DNA of 64,000 nt from Anaeromyxobacter sp. (GCA_049840735.1 JASGJN010000014.1:192001-256000); one strand, 5' to 3'; positions 12,336 to 22,990 are shown, counted from the stretch's first letter. Made by a program: numbers and translations. The notes: generated from the letters alone by a model not told the origin.

Positions 12336-12759
12336 ACCAGCGACCGCGGTCTTTCCTGGCGGTTTCTCCCGCAGATCCGCGCGCTTCGGGCCTGTGCCCG
12401 ACTGCCCGGTCAGCCGCCACCGCGCGGGCGCGCCTCCGCCCTGCCCGGCCCGGCGGTGAAGGCCCGCGCCGCGAGACCGCGCCGGCGCCGGGCGCCGCCG
12501 CCGCCCCTTCCCTCCCCGGCCCCGGGAAGCGCCTCCACCGACCGTGAAGCGGCAGGCGCCCCCGCGGCGCCGCGGGCTCGCCTGCGCGGCGATCCGGGGC
12601 ACGGACTGTGCGACCGCGTATCAGCTGGTCCCTCCTTTCACCACACGCGGCAGGAATCCGGCCACCCGCCTGTCACGTCCTGCGCTCACCCGGCTCAGTA
12701 CCCGTCGGGATACCACTGCTGTCGGCCCGTCCCTGCCGCCCTCCCTGGAGCCACCCGCC

Positions 12760-14869
12760 ATGAAGCGTCTCCTTTCGCTGCTCGCCCTCGCGCTGGCGCT
12801 CGCGCCGCTCGCGTCCCGCGCCGACGAGGGCATGTGGACCTACGACAACTTCCCCTCGGCCAAGGTGAAGTCCGCCTACGGCTTCGATCCCCACCCCCGC
12901 CTGGCTGGACAAGGCGCGGCTGGCCTCGGTGCGCCTGGCCGGCGGCTGCTCGGCCGCGTTCGTGAGCCCGAACGGCCTGGTGATGACGAACCACCACTGC
13001 GCCCACGAGTGCATCGAGCAGCTCTCCACCGCGCAGCGCGACCTCGTGAAGGAGGGCTTCTACGCGAAGGCGCAGGCGGACGAGGTGAAGTGCCCGACGA
13101 TGGAGGTCAACCAGCTGCTGGCGCTGACCGACGTCACCGCGCGCGTGAAGAAGGCCACCGAGGGGCTGGAGGGCGCGGCCTACGCGGCGAAGTACAAGGC
13201 GGAGAAGGCCTCGCTCCAGCGCGAGTGCCAGACGGGCGCCGAGCTGCGCTGCGAGCTGGTGAAGCTCTACCACGGCGGCCAGTACGTCCTGTACCGCTAC
13301 CGCCGCTACCAGGACGTGCGCCTGGTCTTCGCGCCCGAGTTCGCCATCGCCTTCTTCGGCGGCGACCCAGACAACTTCATGTTCCCGCGCTACGACCTGG
13401 ACGTCTCGTTCGTGCGCGTCTACGACGGCGGCAAGCCCGCCGTCACCCCCGACCACTTCAGCTGGTCCCCCGCCGGCCCCAGGGCCGGTGAGCTGACCTT
13501 CGTCTCCGGCAACCCGGGGCGCACCGAGCGCCTGCTGACCGTGGCGCAGCTCGAGACGCAGCGCGACGAGGTCATCCCGCAGGGCCTGGAGCGCATGGCC
13601 GAGGAGCGCGGGCTCATCACCGGCTTCCAGCTGCTGGGCGCCGAGCAGAAGCGCGTCTCCACCGCCCACCTCTTCTACCTGGAGAACTCCATCAAGGCCC
13701 GCCGCGGCGGCCTGGAGGCCCTGCGCGACCCGGCCTTCTTCGGCCAGAAGGTGCAGGAGGAGAACGCGCTCCGCGCCGCGGTGGCCCGCGACCCGGCCAC
13801 CGCCGCCAGGTACCTGCCGGCCTGGGACGCCATCGCGCGCGCCCAGCTTCGCGCGCACCAGCTGCGCCCGGCCTACTCCTGGCTGGAGTACCTGCCCGGC
13901 CGCGGCGTGGCCGGCGACCTCCTGGCCTTCGCGGTGGACCTGCAGCGCGCGCCGGCGGAGCGGGCCCGGCCGGACGGCGAGCGGCTGAAGGAGTTCCAGG
14001 ACGCGGCGCTGCCGGTGATGACCAACGACCTGTTCAGCCCTGCGCCCATCGACCTGGCCTTCGACGAGCTGCGCCTGGGCCACTGGCTGACGCAGGTGCG
14101 TGAGCGCCTGGGGGCCGACCACCCGGCCGTGAAGAAGCTGCTGGGCCAGCGCTCCCCCGAGGAGGTCGCCCGCGCCGCCGTCGCCGGCACCAGGCTGCGC
14201 GACGTGGCCGCCCGCAAGGCGCTCTGGGAGGGCGGCGCCGCGGCGGTGGACGCCAGCGCGGACCCGATGATCGCGCTCGCCCGCCTGCTCGACGCCGACG
14301 GCCGCGCGGCGCGCAAGGCCTGGGAGGACGAGGTCGAGGCGGTGGAGCAGCGCAACCAGACGCTCGTCGCCGAGGCCCGCTTCAAGGTGTACGGCTCGAC
14401 CACCTACCCCGACGCCACCTTCACGGCGCGCCTCTCCTACGGGCAGGTGCAGGGGTGGACGGAGGACGGCAAGGCCATCCCCCCGTTCACCACCTTCGCC
14501 GGCGGCTTCGAGCGCCACACCGGCCGCGACCCGTTCGCCCTGCCGCCCAGCTGGCTGGAGAAGAAGGCCCAGCTCGACCTGGACACGCCGTTCAACTTCG
14601 TCACCACCAACGACATCATCGGCGGCAACTCCGGCTCGCCGGTCTTCAACAGGGACCTGCAGATCGTCGGCCTGATCTTCGACGGCAACCTGCCGTCGCT
14701 GGGCGGCGACTACGGCTTCGACGCGGCCTCCAACCGCGCCGTGGCGGTCCACTCGCGGGCGCTGATGGTGGCGCTCGACCGGATTGACGGCGCCAGCCGG
14801 GTGGTGGCCGAGCTGAAGGGCGCCAGGGGCGGGGCCGCGGGCGCGGCCAGCGCGCGCAGCGCGAAGTAG
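12760..14869 (+). CDS. S46-family dipeptidyl peptidase; apparent +1 frameshift at ~12890
   Basis: Signal peptide, ADEGMW, GLVMTNHHC, DIIGGNSGSPV, GLIFDGN. Confidence 0.92.
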
Positions 14870-15068
14870 ACACACACCTGCGCCTGGCCCTGTCCAGGTG
14901 CGGCCAGCACCCACGCTGCGCGGCCTCGTCGCGGGCCCGGGGACCTCCACCTCCCCCGGGCCCGCGCCATTTCAGCGCGCGCTCCCAGGCCCGGTTGAAA
15001 CGTTTGCGCCGCCGCGGTTAAGTGCCCCCTTTCTCGCTGCACGTCATGGCATCGGGGGATGCTTCAGG

Positions 15069-15539
15069 ATGATCGTCTTCGGCTCACGGCTGTTCGGCAA
15101 GGTGGACCACGTCCCGGGCCACTTCTACGTCGCCACCCGCTTCGCCCACCTCTACTTCCTGCCGCTGTTCCCCACCAGCTCGTGGGTGGTGCTGGACGAC
15201 GGCTCGCACGAGTCCAGCCTCACCTCCAGCCAGTGGCAGGGGGCGCGGCTGGGCCGCATCGCCTGGCGCTCGGTGGCCATGGCGTGGCTCCGCGCCGGGC
15301 TGATGGCGGTGTCGCTCCTGGCCGCGATCTTCGGCCTGGGCGCGCTGGACGATCCCTCCCTGGCCGTCTCCGGCATCGCGCTGGCCGTGATGTCGGTGGC
15401 CGCCTTCGCCGGCAGCTACCGCCTGGGCCGGGCCGACGCCGCGCGCGCCCAGGCGCTGGCGCGCGAGCTGGGCTTCCCGGAGGAGATGGAGGCCCAGGTC
15501 CGGCGCGTGGCGCAGACGGGCACGGGCGCGAGCGCGTAG
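15069..15539 (+). CDS. Hypothetical membrane protein
   Basis: MIVFGSRLFGKVD...FLPLFP followed by two hydrophobic helices. Confidence 0.7.
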   Translation: MIVFGSRLFGKVDHVPGHFYVATRFAHLYFLPLFPTSSWVVLDDGSHESSLTSSQWQGARLGRIAWRSVAMAWLRAGLMAVSLLAAIFGLGALDDPSLAVSGIALAVMSVAAFAGSYRLGRADAARAQALARELGFPEEMEAQVRRVAQTGTGASA

Positions 15540-15561
15540 CGGGGCGCCTGGCAGCGCCTGT

Positions 15562-15609
15562 CCTTCGACTCCGCCCCGCCGATGGCGGGGCTACGCTCAG
15601 GACGAACGG
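15562..15609 (+). repeat. REP-like element, copy 2
   Basis: CCTTCGACTCC-GCCCCGCC-GAT-GGCGGGGC-TACGCTCAGGACGAACGG. Confidence 0.85.
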
Positions 15610-15642
15610 ATCCGGACAGCCACCGTCGATCCGCTCTGCTCC

Positions 15643-16644
15643 TCAGTCCCGCGGCACCGCGATCATCCGCTCCAGCGCCCGGCGCGCGCCCTCGGCCACG
15701 TCGGCGGGGACCTTGATTTCGTGCTTCCCGCGGCGGAGCGCGTCGCGCACCATCACCAGGTCGATCATCTTCATGTACGGACAGTGCATCCGGCAGCCGA
15801 TGCACCCGTCCGCCACGATGAACTCGCGGTCCGGGTACTGCTTCTTGAGCTGGTAGACGATGCCGTGCTCGGTGGCGACGATGAAGGTCCTGGCCGCAGG
15901 GTGGCGCTCGACCGCCTTCAGCATGGCGGTGGTGGAGCAGACCTCGTCGGCCATGGCCACCACGTCCGCCCGGCACTCCGGGTGGGCGATCACCACCGCC
16001 TCCGGCCGGTCCGACTTCACGCGGGTGACGCTGGAGGAGCGGAGCACGTCGTGGACGGGGCAGCAGCCGTCGTAGACCACGATCTCCTTCTCGGGCACCT
16101 GTCCCTTCACCCAGTTCCCCAGGTTGCGGTCGGGCGTGAAGAGCACCTTCCGCTGCGGCAGCGACCGGACCACCGAAGCGGCGTTGGCGCTGGTGCAGCA
16201 GATGTCGGAGAGCGCCTTCACCTCGGCGGTGGAGTTCACGTAGGTCACCACCGCGTGGTCGGGGTAGCGCTCCTTCCAGTCCTCCAGCGACTCGGCGGTG
16301 ATGGAGTCGGCCAGCGAGCAGCCGGCCGAGAGGTTGGGCAAGAGCACCCGCTTCTCCGGCGCCAGCACCTTGGCCGACTCGGCCATGAAGTGCACGCCGC
16401 AGAAGAGGATGGTCCGCTGCGGGACCTCGCGCCCCACGATGGCCAGCTGCAGCGAGTCGCCGGTGTGGTCGGCGATGCGCTGGATCTCCGGCAGCTGGTA
16501 GTTGTGGGCCAGGATCACCGCGTCCTGCTCGCGCGCCAGCTGGCGGATCTCCGCCTCCAGCGCCTCCACCTCGGCGGGCGCCAGCTCGGCGCCGGCCTGC
16601 GGGTGGGCGACGGGATCGTGGATGGGGAGGACGGGCAGGCTCAT
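15643..16644 (-). CDS. nadA: Quinolinate synthase
   Basis: ILAHNYQ, GDSLQL, FCGVHFMAESAK, AGCSLAD, CPVH, IAHPEC, CPYMK. Confidence 0.96.
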   Translation of the reverse strand: MSLPVLPIHDPVAHPQAGAELAPAEVEALEAEIRQLAREQDAVILAHNYQLPEIQRIADHTGDSLQLAIVGREVPQRTILFCGVHFMAESAKVLAPEKRVLLPNLSAGCSLADSITAESLEDWKERYPDHAVVTYVNSTAEVKALSDICCTSANAASVVRSLPQRKVLFTPDRNLGNWVKGQVPEKEIVVYDGCCPVHDVLRSSSVTRVKSDRPEAVVIAHPECRADVVAMADEVCSTTAMLKAVERHPAARTFIVATEHGIVYQLKKQYPDREFIVADGCIGCRMHCPYMKMIDLVMVRDALRRGKHEIKVPADVAEGARRALERMIAVPRD

Positions 16645-16949
16645 GGTCTCACCCGGGCGCCGCGGGCGGGCTTGATGCCCTCCGTGCCGGCGGGGAACAG
16701 GCGCCAGAACTCGCGGCGCACGAGGCCGGACAGCGTGGCCGAGCGGGAGAAGCCGTGGTAGCGGGCGACCGCCTCCAGCATGGCGATGTCCTCGTCGGTC
16801 GCCGACCAGGAGCGGACGGTGCGGGGCTGGGCGCCGCGGGCGGGCCCGCGGTGCGGGGGCGGGCCCAGCTCGCGGGCGTCGGGGGCCGGGGCCGCTGCGC
16901 GCAGGCGGCGGGGGCGGGCCGGGGTCGGGGTGCCATTCCGGGCGGTCAC
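16641..16949 (-). CDS. Small ribbon-helix-helix-like protein, putative regulator, coupled to nadA
   Basis: In-frame GTG at 16949; core RTVRSWSATDEDIAMLEAVARYHGFSRSATLSGLVRREFW; stop overlaps the nadA ATG (ATGA). Confidence 0.65.
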   Translation of the reverse strand: MTARNGTPTPARPRRLRAAAPAPDARELGPPPHRGPARGAQPRTVRSWSATDEDIAMLEAVARYHGFSRSATLSGLVRREFWRLFPAGTEGIKPARGARVRP

Positions 16950-16969
16950 AATTCTTATATAAACGTTGT
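16948..16969. promoter_or_regulatory. 22-bp AT-rich palindrome, candidate operator
   Basis: ACAA-ttc-TTATATAA-acg-TTGT in a GC-rich background. Confidence 0.6.
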
Positions 16970-17040
16970 CGAGGCCAGGGGCGGGGCGGCGTTCCGCCGC
17001 GGGCCCTCGGGCGGCCTTGCCGCAGCGCGCCGGACCGGGC

Positions 17041-17853
17041 ATGGCTGGTGGGGTGAAGATCATCGTCACCACCACGCTGCGCCCCACCCCGGCCGAGGAG
17101 GCCGCGGCGCTGGAGGCCTCCGGGCGCTGGGGGCTGCCCTACGCCGGGCGCGGCGGGCGGGCCATCACCCGCACCGTGGCGGCCGCCCAGGCGGACGGCG
17201 CGCTGGTGATCGCCACCGCCAAGGTGGTGCTGGCTGCCGGCGGCGTGGAGCAGGCCTGGTCGCCGGGCATGGGCGCGCTGCGGCTGCACCGGCTGGTCTC
17301 CTCCCGGGGCAAGGCGCCCGACCCCACCGCGCACGATCCCTTCCTCGACGCCGCCGGCATCCAGCGCGGCGACGCCATCCTCGACTGCACGCTGGGGCTG
17401 GCCGCCGACGCCCTGGTGGCCGCGGCCGCGGCCGGCCCCACCGGCCGGGTGGTGGGGCTCGAGTCCTCGCTGCCGCTGGCCGCCTGGACCGGCGAGGGGC
17501 TGCAGCGCTTCCCCGAGGAGGCGGCGCGGCGCATCGAGGTGAAGCACGCCGAGCACGCGGCCTTCCTGGCCGCCGCCCCGGACCGCAGCTTCGACGTGGT
17601 CCTGTTCGACCCCATGTTCCGCCACGCCCGCGCCGAGCCCGGCGGCTTCGACGTGGTCCGCCGCTTCGCCGACCCGCGCCCGCTCACGAGGGAGGCGCTG
17701 GAGCAGGCCCGCCGGGTGGCCCGCCGCTGGGTGCTGGTGAAGGACGGCGCGCCGGGCTGGGACCTGACGCGGCTCGGCCTCACCCCCATGCCCAGCGCGC
17801 GGGGGGCGCACCGGTACTACGCGCGGGTGCCGGCCGTCACGCCAGGGCGCTGA
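17041..17853 (+). CDS. Class I SAM-dependent methyltransferase (RsmJ/YhiQ-like)
   Basis: ILDCTLGLAADA and FDVVLFDPMF motifs; alternative start GTG 17053. Confidence 0.8.
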   Translation: MAGGVKIIVTTTLRPTPAEEAAALEASGRWGLPYAGRGGRAITRTVAAAQADGALVIATAKVVLAAGGVEQAWSPGMGALRLHRLVSSRGKAPDPTAHDPFLDAAGIQRGDAILDCTLGLAADALVAAAAAGPTGRVVGLESSLPLAAWTGEGLQRFPEEAARRIEVKHAEHAAFLAAAPDRSFDVVLFDPMFRHARAEPGGFDVVRRFADPRPLTREALEQARRVARRWVLVKDGAPGWDLTRLGLTPMPSARGAHRYYARVPAVTPGR

Positions 17854-18014
17854 CGGGCCTGGGTCGATCGGGGGCCTCAGCCGCACCGGCTGCTCAGGTC
17901 GGAGCCGGGCCGCCGCTCGCACGATCACGGTCGCTCGGCCCACTGCTCCGGACGGCCAGACCTCCTGCGCTTCCTGGGACAGCGCCTGGACATGGCTCCA
18001 GCCATGTTCACGCT

Positions 18015-18058
18015 CCGTTCGGCCTGAGCGTAGCGTGCCCGCAGGGCTCGCGAAGTCG
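18015..18058 (-). repeat. REP-like element, copy 3 (degenerate)
   Basis: CCGTTCGGCCTGAGCGTAG-[hairpin]-CGAAGTCG. Confidence 0.65.
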
Positions 18059-18065
18059 CGCGCGC

Positions 18066-20147
18066 TCAGATGGCGGGCCAGGCCCTGGCGGCGGCGCTGA
18101 TGGTGGTGCCGAGGTGATCCTCGGCCAGCGCGCGGGCCGACAGGCGGGCCCGCTCGGCCGCCGGGAGCGACCGGTCGCGCGAGCGCGCCAGGGCGGCCGC
18201 GGCGCGAATGGTGGGCCCCAGCGCAGGGCCGGGATCCGTCCCTTCGATCAGGAAGGCCCTGAACCGCGCCTCGTCCTGGGGGGTGAACCGCGGGTACACG
18301 GCCAGCGCCTGCACCGCCTCGGCGTGGTTCGTCCGCAGCGCCTCCGCATAGAGCAGCGCCCAGGTGGCGTTGTCGAGCAAGGCGGTCTCCACGGGGCGGA
18401 GCTGCGCAGCGCCACCCAGCGCTGCACCGGGATCGCGCCGCGCGGCGGCCATGACGCCCACCGCAGCCGGGAGGTCCTCACCCGAGACCTCGAACCCCGC
18501 CTGGGCCCGCTGGATGGGCGCAGGACCTTCCTTCGCCTCGACCCGCCTGATGAGGGCGTCCGCCTCGGGGGCGTCCAGCCGGTGCGCCACCAGCCCGTAC
18601 AGCACCGCCTCCTCGGCCCTGGCGCCGGGCGGCAGCTTGTCCCAGGCCTGATCGAGCAGCTGGAGCGCCTCCGCGCCGTGCCCGCTGGCCACCAGCGCCT
18701 CCGTGGCTTCGCGCAGCACCTCCGCTGCGCTCACGGGCGAGGTCGCCAGCAGCTTGCGATAGCAGGCGACGGCGCCGCTCCATTCCCCGCGCTCCCACTG
18801 GAGCCCGATGGCGACCCGGAGCAGGTTGACGTCCTCCGGGAACCTGCTCCTCAGCGCCTGCACCTGCTGCCACTGGGCCTCTCCGTCGAGGAGGCGGACG
18901 TACAGGTACTGCGCGCTGGCGGAGTCGGGGGCCGCCTCGGCGCGCTCCCGGTACTCCGCGAGCAGCTCGGCCTGGTGGCCCGCCTGCAGGACCGCGTTCT
19001 GGTAGACGCGGTTCAGCCCGGTGTCCTCGGGGTGTGCGGCCATCGCCGCCCGGGCCACGCGCACCCCCTCCTCCGGGCCGAGCTCCCGGGCGGCGAGCAG
19101 CGCCATGGTCAGCTCGTCCTGCGCCCACCCCGCGGCGCGAGCCCGCACCTCCAGCACCGCCGCCCGGTCCTTGGTCCGCCGCTGCGACTCGAGCACCCAG
19201 CCGCAGAGCTGGGCGCCGTCGACGCCCTCCTCGCGCCCGACGTCCACCCGGTGCTTCACGAGCTGGCGGTCGTGCTTGGACATCGAGACGGTCTTCGGCG
19301 GCTCCACGAACACGTAGTCGGCGTTCACCTCGACCTGGCGCTCGGCGCAGTGGACCTTGGGCTCCACGGACGGCGCTGCCGCTTCGGGCTGGTCCTCCGA
19401 GGTGTAGATCACCGCCTCGTCGTAGACCGGCGCCGCCCCGGCCACGTTCCAGATCTCCACCGCCCCGCCGCGCCGGACCTCGAACGGCCCCTCGTCCACC
19501 ACCTCGTCCCCGGCCGTGGCCCGGGCCGGCTGGACGCCCACCGGCACGTCGGGGAGCAGCAGGTGCCCGCCGGGCGCCACGGTGGCCTCGGCGCTGCCCA
19601 GGGCGACGCGGACCGGCCTGGTCAGCCCGTTCACCACGTGCACGTCGTGCCTTCCGCCGGCGTGCCAGGCCAGGGCCGCGATGGCGAGCGCAGCGGCCGC
19701 CGCGCAGGCCACCGCGCCCTTGGCGGCGCGGCGCACGCCGAGCCCGAGCGGCACCTCCGCCAGGATGTGCCAGCCCCTGCCCTCGGCCTTGGCCACCACG
19801 TAGGCGCCCAGCGGGATGAGCGGGATCGCGAACAGCGCCACGAAGCACTGCGTGGTGATGTAGGTGCCGTCGGGCGCGTCCTCGCCGTGGCCGAGGAAGG
19901 TGGTGCCGAAGCCGTTGACGGTGGTGAGCGACGGCTTGGCGCCCAAGGGCCGCGCGAAGGCGCGCCGGTTGTGCAAGAGCCCGTCCACCGTCCGCTGATG
20001 GGCGGCCAGCCGCCCGCGCCCCCGGACCAGCGCGCCGTAGACCTTGAAGCTGTCGCCGGTCTCCACCGCCCTGCGGATGGCCTCGTCGGAGAGGAGCCGC
20101 TCCAGCTCGGGGATGCGGGCGAGGAGTTCTGCGCGGCCGTGAAGCAT
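18066..20147 (-). CDS. Hypothetical membrane-anchored protein with TPR-like C-terminal region
   Basis: 693-aa ORF with TM segments near the N-terminus and helical repeats at the C-terminus. Confidence 0.7.
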   Translation of the reverse strand: MLHGRAELLARIPELERLLSDEAIRRAVETGDSFKVYGALVRGRGRLAAHQRTVDGLLHNRRAFARPLGAKPSLTTVNGFGTTFLGHGEDAPDGTYITTQCFVALFAIPLIPLGAYVVAKAEGRGWHILAEVPLGLGVRRAAKGAVACAAAAALAIAALAWHAGGRHDVHVVNGLTRPVRVALGSAEATVAPGGHLLLPDVPVGVQPARATAGDEVVDEGPFEVRRGGAVEIWNVAGAAPVYDEAVIYTSEDQPEAAAPSVEPKVHCAERQVEVNADYVFVEPPKTVSMSKHDRQLVKHRVDVGREEGVDGAQLCGWVLESQRRTKDRAAVLEVRARAAGWAQDELTMALLAARELGPEEGVRVARAAMAAHPEDTGLNRVYQNAVLQAGHQAELLAEYRERAEAAPDSASAQYLYVRLLDGEAQWQQVQALRSRFPEDVNLLRVAIGLQWERGEWSGAVACYRKLLATSPVSAAEVLREATEALVASGHGAEALQLLDQAWDKLPPGARAEEAVLYGLVAHRLDAPEADALIRRVEAKEGPAPIQRAQAGFEVSGEDLPAAVGVMAAARRDPGAALGGAAQLRPVETALLDNATWALLYAEALRTNHAEAVQALAVYPRFTPQDEARFRAFLIEGTDPGPALGPTIRAAAALARSRDRSLPAAERARLSARALAEDHLGTTISAAARAWPAI

Positions 20148-20413
20148 GGCGACCTCGTGGCGGATGGGATCGGCGGTGCGATCGTGATCGATCAGGAGGC
20201 CTGGCTGCCGACCTCGGTGGAGGCGGCAGCGTACCCTGCCCTTCCTGGCGGACGCTTGATCCCTGCCAGCCCGGGGGCGCCCCGGCGGCGTTCCGCCGCG
20301 CCGCCCGCCCTGCCGGTCGCGCGCCCAGGGGACGCACGGCGCGTTGCACCTCCACCCACACGAGCGCTGGCCGGTGCTGGCGGAGCTCCTGCGGGCGCCG
20401 CCGGCGGCCTGAG

Positions 20414-20707
20414 CTAGCGGCCCTTGCCCCCCAGCCGCACCAGCGGCACCACCGGCGGCAGCACCGCGCCGCCGGCCCCGGCCGCCTCGGCGTGCGCCGC
20501 CAGCAGCGCCTCGCGCAGCCGGCGGCGGACCGCCCCCTGGTCCAGGCCCCGCTCGCGCCCGACGGCCATGGCAGCAGCCGAGAAGCGGCGCAGGATGGGA
20601 ACCCGGTAGGCGGCCAGCACCTCGGCGTCGTACGGCACGTCGAGCCGCTCGAAGAAGTCCTCGGCCACCTCGGCCTGGGCCAGCTCGGGGATGGGCGCCG
20701 GCATCAT
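20414..20707 (-). CDS. nifW: Nitrogenase-stabilising protein NifW
   Basis: [28 protein letters not shown] matches the NifW pattern; ATGA overlap with the nifB stop. Confidence 0.75.
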   Translation of the reverse strand: MMPAPIPELAQAEVAEDFFERLDVPYDAEVLAAYRVPILRRFSAAAMAVGRERGLDQGAVRRRLREALLAAHAEAAGAGGAVLPPVVPLVRLGGKGR

Positions 20708-22189
20708 GCCACCTCCGCGGCCGCGACCGGTGCGAGCGCCGGCGTGGCCTGCTTCGCGGCCCAGCCCTCCCACCAGGCGATGCAGGAGGCCTCGATGGGC
20801 TGGAAGGCGAAGGCGGTAACCGGCTCCATCCCGGCCGCCTCGAGCTGGCTCGACGGGCAGCGGCCGACCCGGGCCACCAGCACCGCCTGGCACCCCTCCA
20901 GCGCGCGCAGGGTGGCGGCCAGGGCGTCGTCCTCGCCCTCCCCGCCCTGGCAGTAGGTCTCCACCTTGCGCAGGCCGAGGAGCCGCGCGCCCTCGCGCCC
21001 CACCTCGTAGATCAGGAACTCGGTGGCGTGGCCGAAGTGCTGGTCCACCTGGCCGCCGCCCTTCGTCGCCACCGCCACCCGGGCCCTCCGCGCCTGGGGC
21101 GCGGCCGCGGCCCGGGCCAGCGCGGCCTGGCGCGCCAGCTCGGCGCGGGCCCGCACCCGCTCCACCGCCTCGCGGTGCTCGGCCCGCAGCTCGGCCGCCT
21201 CGCGCACCGGCCCGGGCGGCAACCGGGCCCGCGTGAACTCGGCGAACCGGTCCTGGCCCAGCTTGCCCACCGCGTCGGCCCGGCACTGCCGGCAGTGGCG
21301 CATGAGCTTCGTGTCCAGCTCGCAGGTCGCCTGCAGCCGCTCCAGCTCCTCCGGCGTGGGCCCGCGCTGGCCCGTCAGGCCGTAGTGCGTGCCGTGCTCC
21401 GGGGCGGAGATGAGCGGCAGCAGGTTGACCAGGAAGGCCCCGCGCCGGCGCACCTCGCGCACCACCTCGGGCAGGTGGCGGTCGTTGACGCCGGGGATCA
21501 CCACCGCGTTGACCTTGCAGAGCACGCCGCGGCCCGCCAGGCGCGAGAGCCCCTCCAGCTGCCGCTCGGAGAGGATGCGCGCCCCCTCGCGGCCGCGCAC
21601 CTTGCGCCCCTCCCAGAGCACCCAGGGGTAGATTCTGCTCCCCGATGGCCGGGTCGATCATGTTGATGGTGACCGTGACGTGCCTCACGCCCAGGTCCAC
21701 CAGCCGGTCCACGTGGTCGGGCAGGGCCAGGCCGTTGGTGGAGAGGCAGAGCGTCAGGTCCGGCGCGGCGCGCTTGATCCCCTCCAGCGCCGCGAAGGTC
21801 AGCTCCGGGCGCGCCAGCGCGTCGCCCGGACCGGCGATGCCCACCACCGAGAGCGACGGCACCTCGGCCGCCACTGCCCGCACCTTCTCCACCGCCCCGG
21901 CGGGCGTGAGCTTCTCGCTCACCACGCCGGGCCGGCTCTCGTTGGCGCAGTCGAACTTGCGGTTGCAGTAGTGGCACTGGATGTTGCACGCCGGCGCCAC
22001 CGCCACGTGCAGCCGCGCGAAGTGGTGGTGGGCCTCCTCGCTGTAGCAGGGGTGGTTCTTGACCAGCTCCCCGGACTCCGGCGGCGCCGACGGCGCCTGG
22101 CCCTGGCCGCAGCCCTTGCCGAAGCCGCAGTTGGCGGCGGGCGGGGTCCTGGCTGGGGAGAGCACGGGCAGGCGGTCGTCGGGGGGCAT
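20704..22189 (-). CDS. nifB: NifB radical SAM protein with C-terminal NifX-like domain; apparent +1 frameshift at ~21633
   Basis: [43 protein letters not shown]...HFGHA. Confidence 0.95.
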
Positions 22190-22202
22190 GGGGGCTCCAG
22201 GC

Positions 22203-22466
22203 TCAGGCCACGATGGGCTCGAACGCGAACGCGTCCTTCTTGCAGGTCCGGCCGCAGGCCTCGCAGCCGATGCAGTCGTCGGGGTTCTCGACCGCCGCGA
22301 ACATCTTGGCCGAGTCCTCCTCGTCCACCTCCTTCGGCGCCAGCACGCCGTGGGCGCAGATCCTGATGCAGCGGCCGCAGCCGATGCACTTCTCGTCGTC
22401 CACGCGCTTCACGAAGCGCGGGGTCCACTCCTTCTTGCCGCGGGTGAGACCGGTCACGTACGCCAT
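22203..22466 (-). CDS. nif-associated 2x[4Fe-4S] ferredoxin
   Basis: [11 protein letters not shown] and [11 protein letters not shown]. Confidence 0.9.
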   Translation of the reverse strand: MAYVTGLTRGKKEWTPRFVKRVDDEKCIGCGRCIRICAHGVLAPKEVDEEDSAKMFAAVENPDDCIGCEACGRTCKKDAFAFEPIVA

Positions 22467-22498
22467 GTCTGCTCCTCCTGGTGTTCAGTGCCCGTAGC

Positions 22499-22567
22499 CC
22501 TTCGACTCCGCGCCCCGGCTGCTGCGGCCTGCTGCGCGGTCCGGGGCGCTACGCTCGGGGCGAACGG
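22499..22567 (+). repeat. REP-like element, copy 4 (inside the nif operon, between nifX and fdx)
   Basis: CCTTCGACTCC-GCGCCCCGG...CCGGGGCGC-TACGCTCGGGGCGAACGG. Confidence 0.8.
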
Positions 22568-22587
22568 GCGATGGGTCGTCCTTCGGG

Positions 22588-22971
22588 TCAGGCCTCGCCG
22601 GCCGTCCCTGCGCCCCCGGCCAGCGCCTTGCGCAGCCAGGGCGGCGGCGCGCCGCGCAGCACCTCCTGCAGGCGCGCGATGGCGTCGCTGATGGGCAGCT
22701 CGGCGCCGGTCTTGAGCGGGTGGATGCGCCGGGCCACCAGCTTGGCCGCCGCCGGGCCGCCGATCCGGACCGTGTAGACGATGGCGCACCCGGCCACGGC
22801 GCTGGCGCGGGCCGCGATCCGGTCCTCCTCGTCGCCGGCGGTGGTGATGGCGCTGACCCGCTCCAGGAAGGCGGCCGAGTCGCGGCTCACCTCCCAGACG
22901 TGGAAGTGCGTGGCCATGCCGAAGTGCTCGTCGATCCTCATCCCGTCGCTGCTCGTGAACGCGACCTTCAT
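22588..22971 (-). CDS. nifX: NifX
   Basis: MKVAFTSSDG..IDEHFG, IGGPAAAKLV, PPPWLRKAL. Confidence 0.92.
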   Translation of the reverse strand: MKVAFTSSDGMRIDEHFGMATHFHVWEVSRDSAAFLERVSAITTAGDEEDRIAARASAVAGCAIVYTVRIGGPAAAKLVARRIHPLKTGAELPISDAIARLQEVLRGAPPPWLRKALAGGAGTAGEA

Positions 22972-22990
22972 GCCGTCCTCCGCCTCGCTG

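Noticed and set aside
16649..16936. 95-aa ATG ORF upstream of nadA
   Set aside because: Low-complexity frame; the overlapping GTG frame gives the RHH-like protein and the ATGA coupling.
5897..20417. Long Arg/Gly/Pro/Ala-rich ORFs on alternate frames and antisense strands
   Set aside because: Shadow ORFs expected at very high GC; no recognisable motifs.
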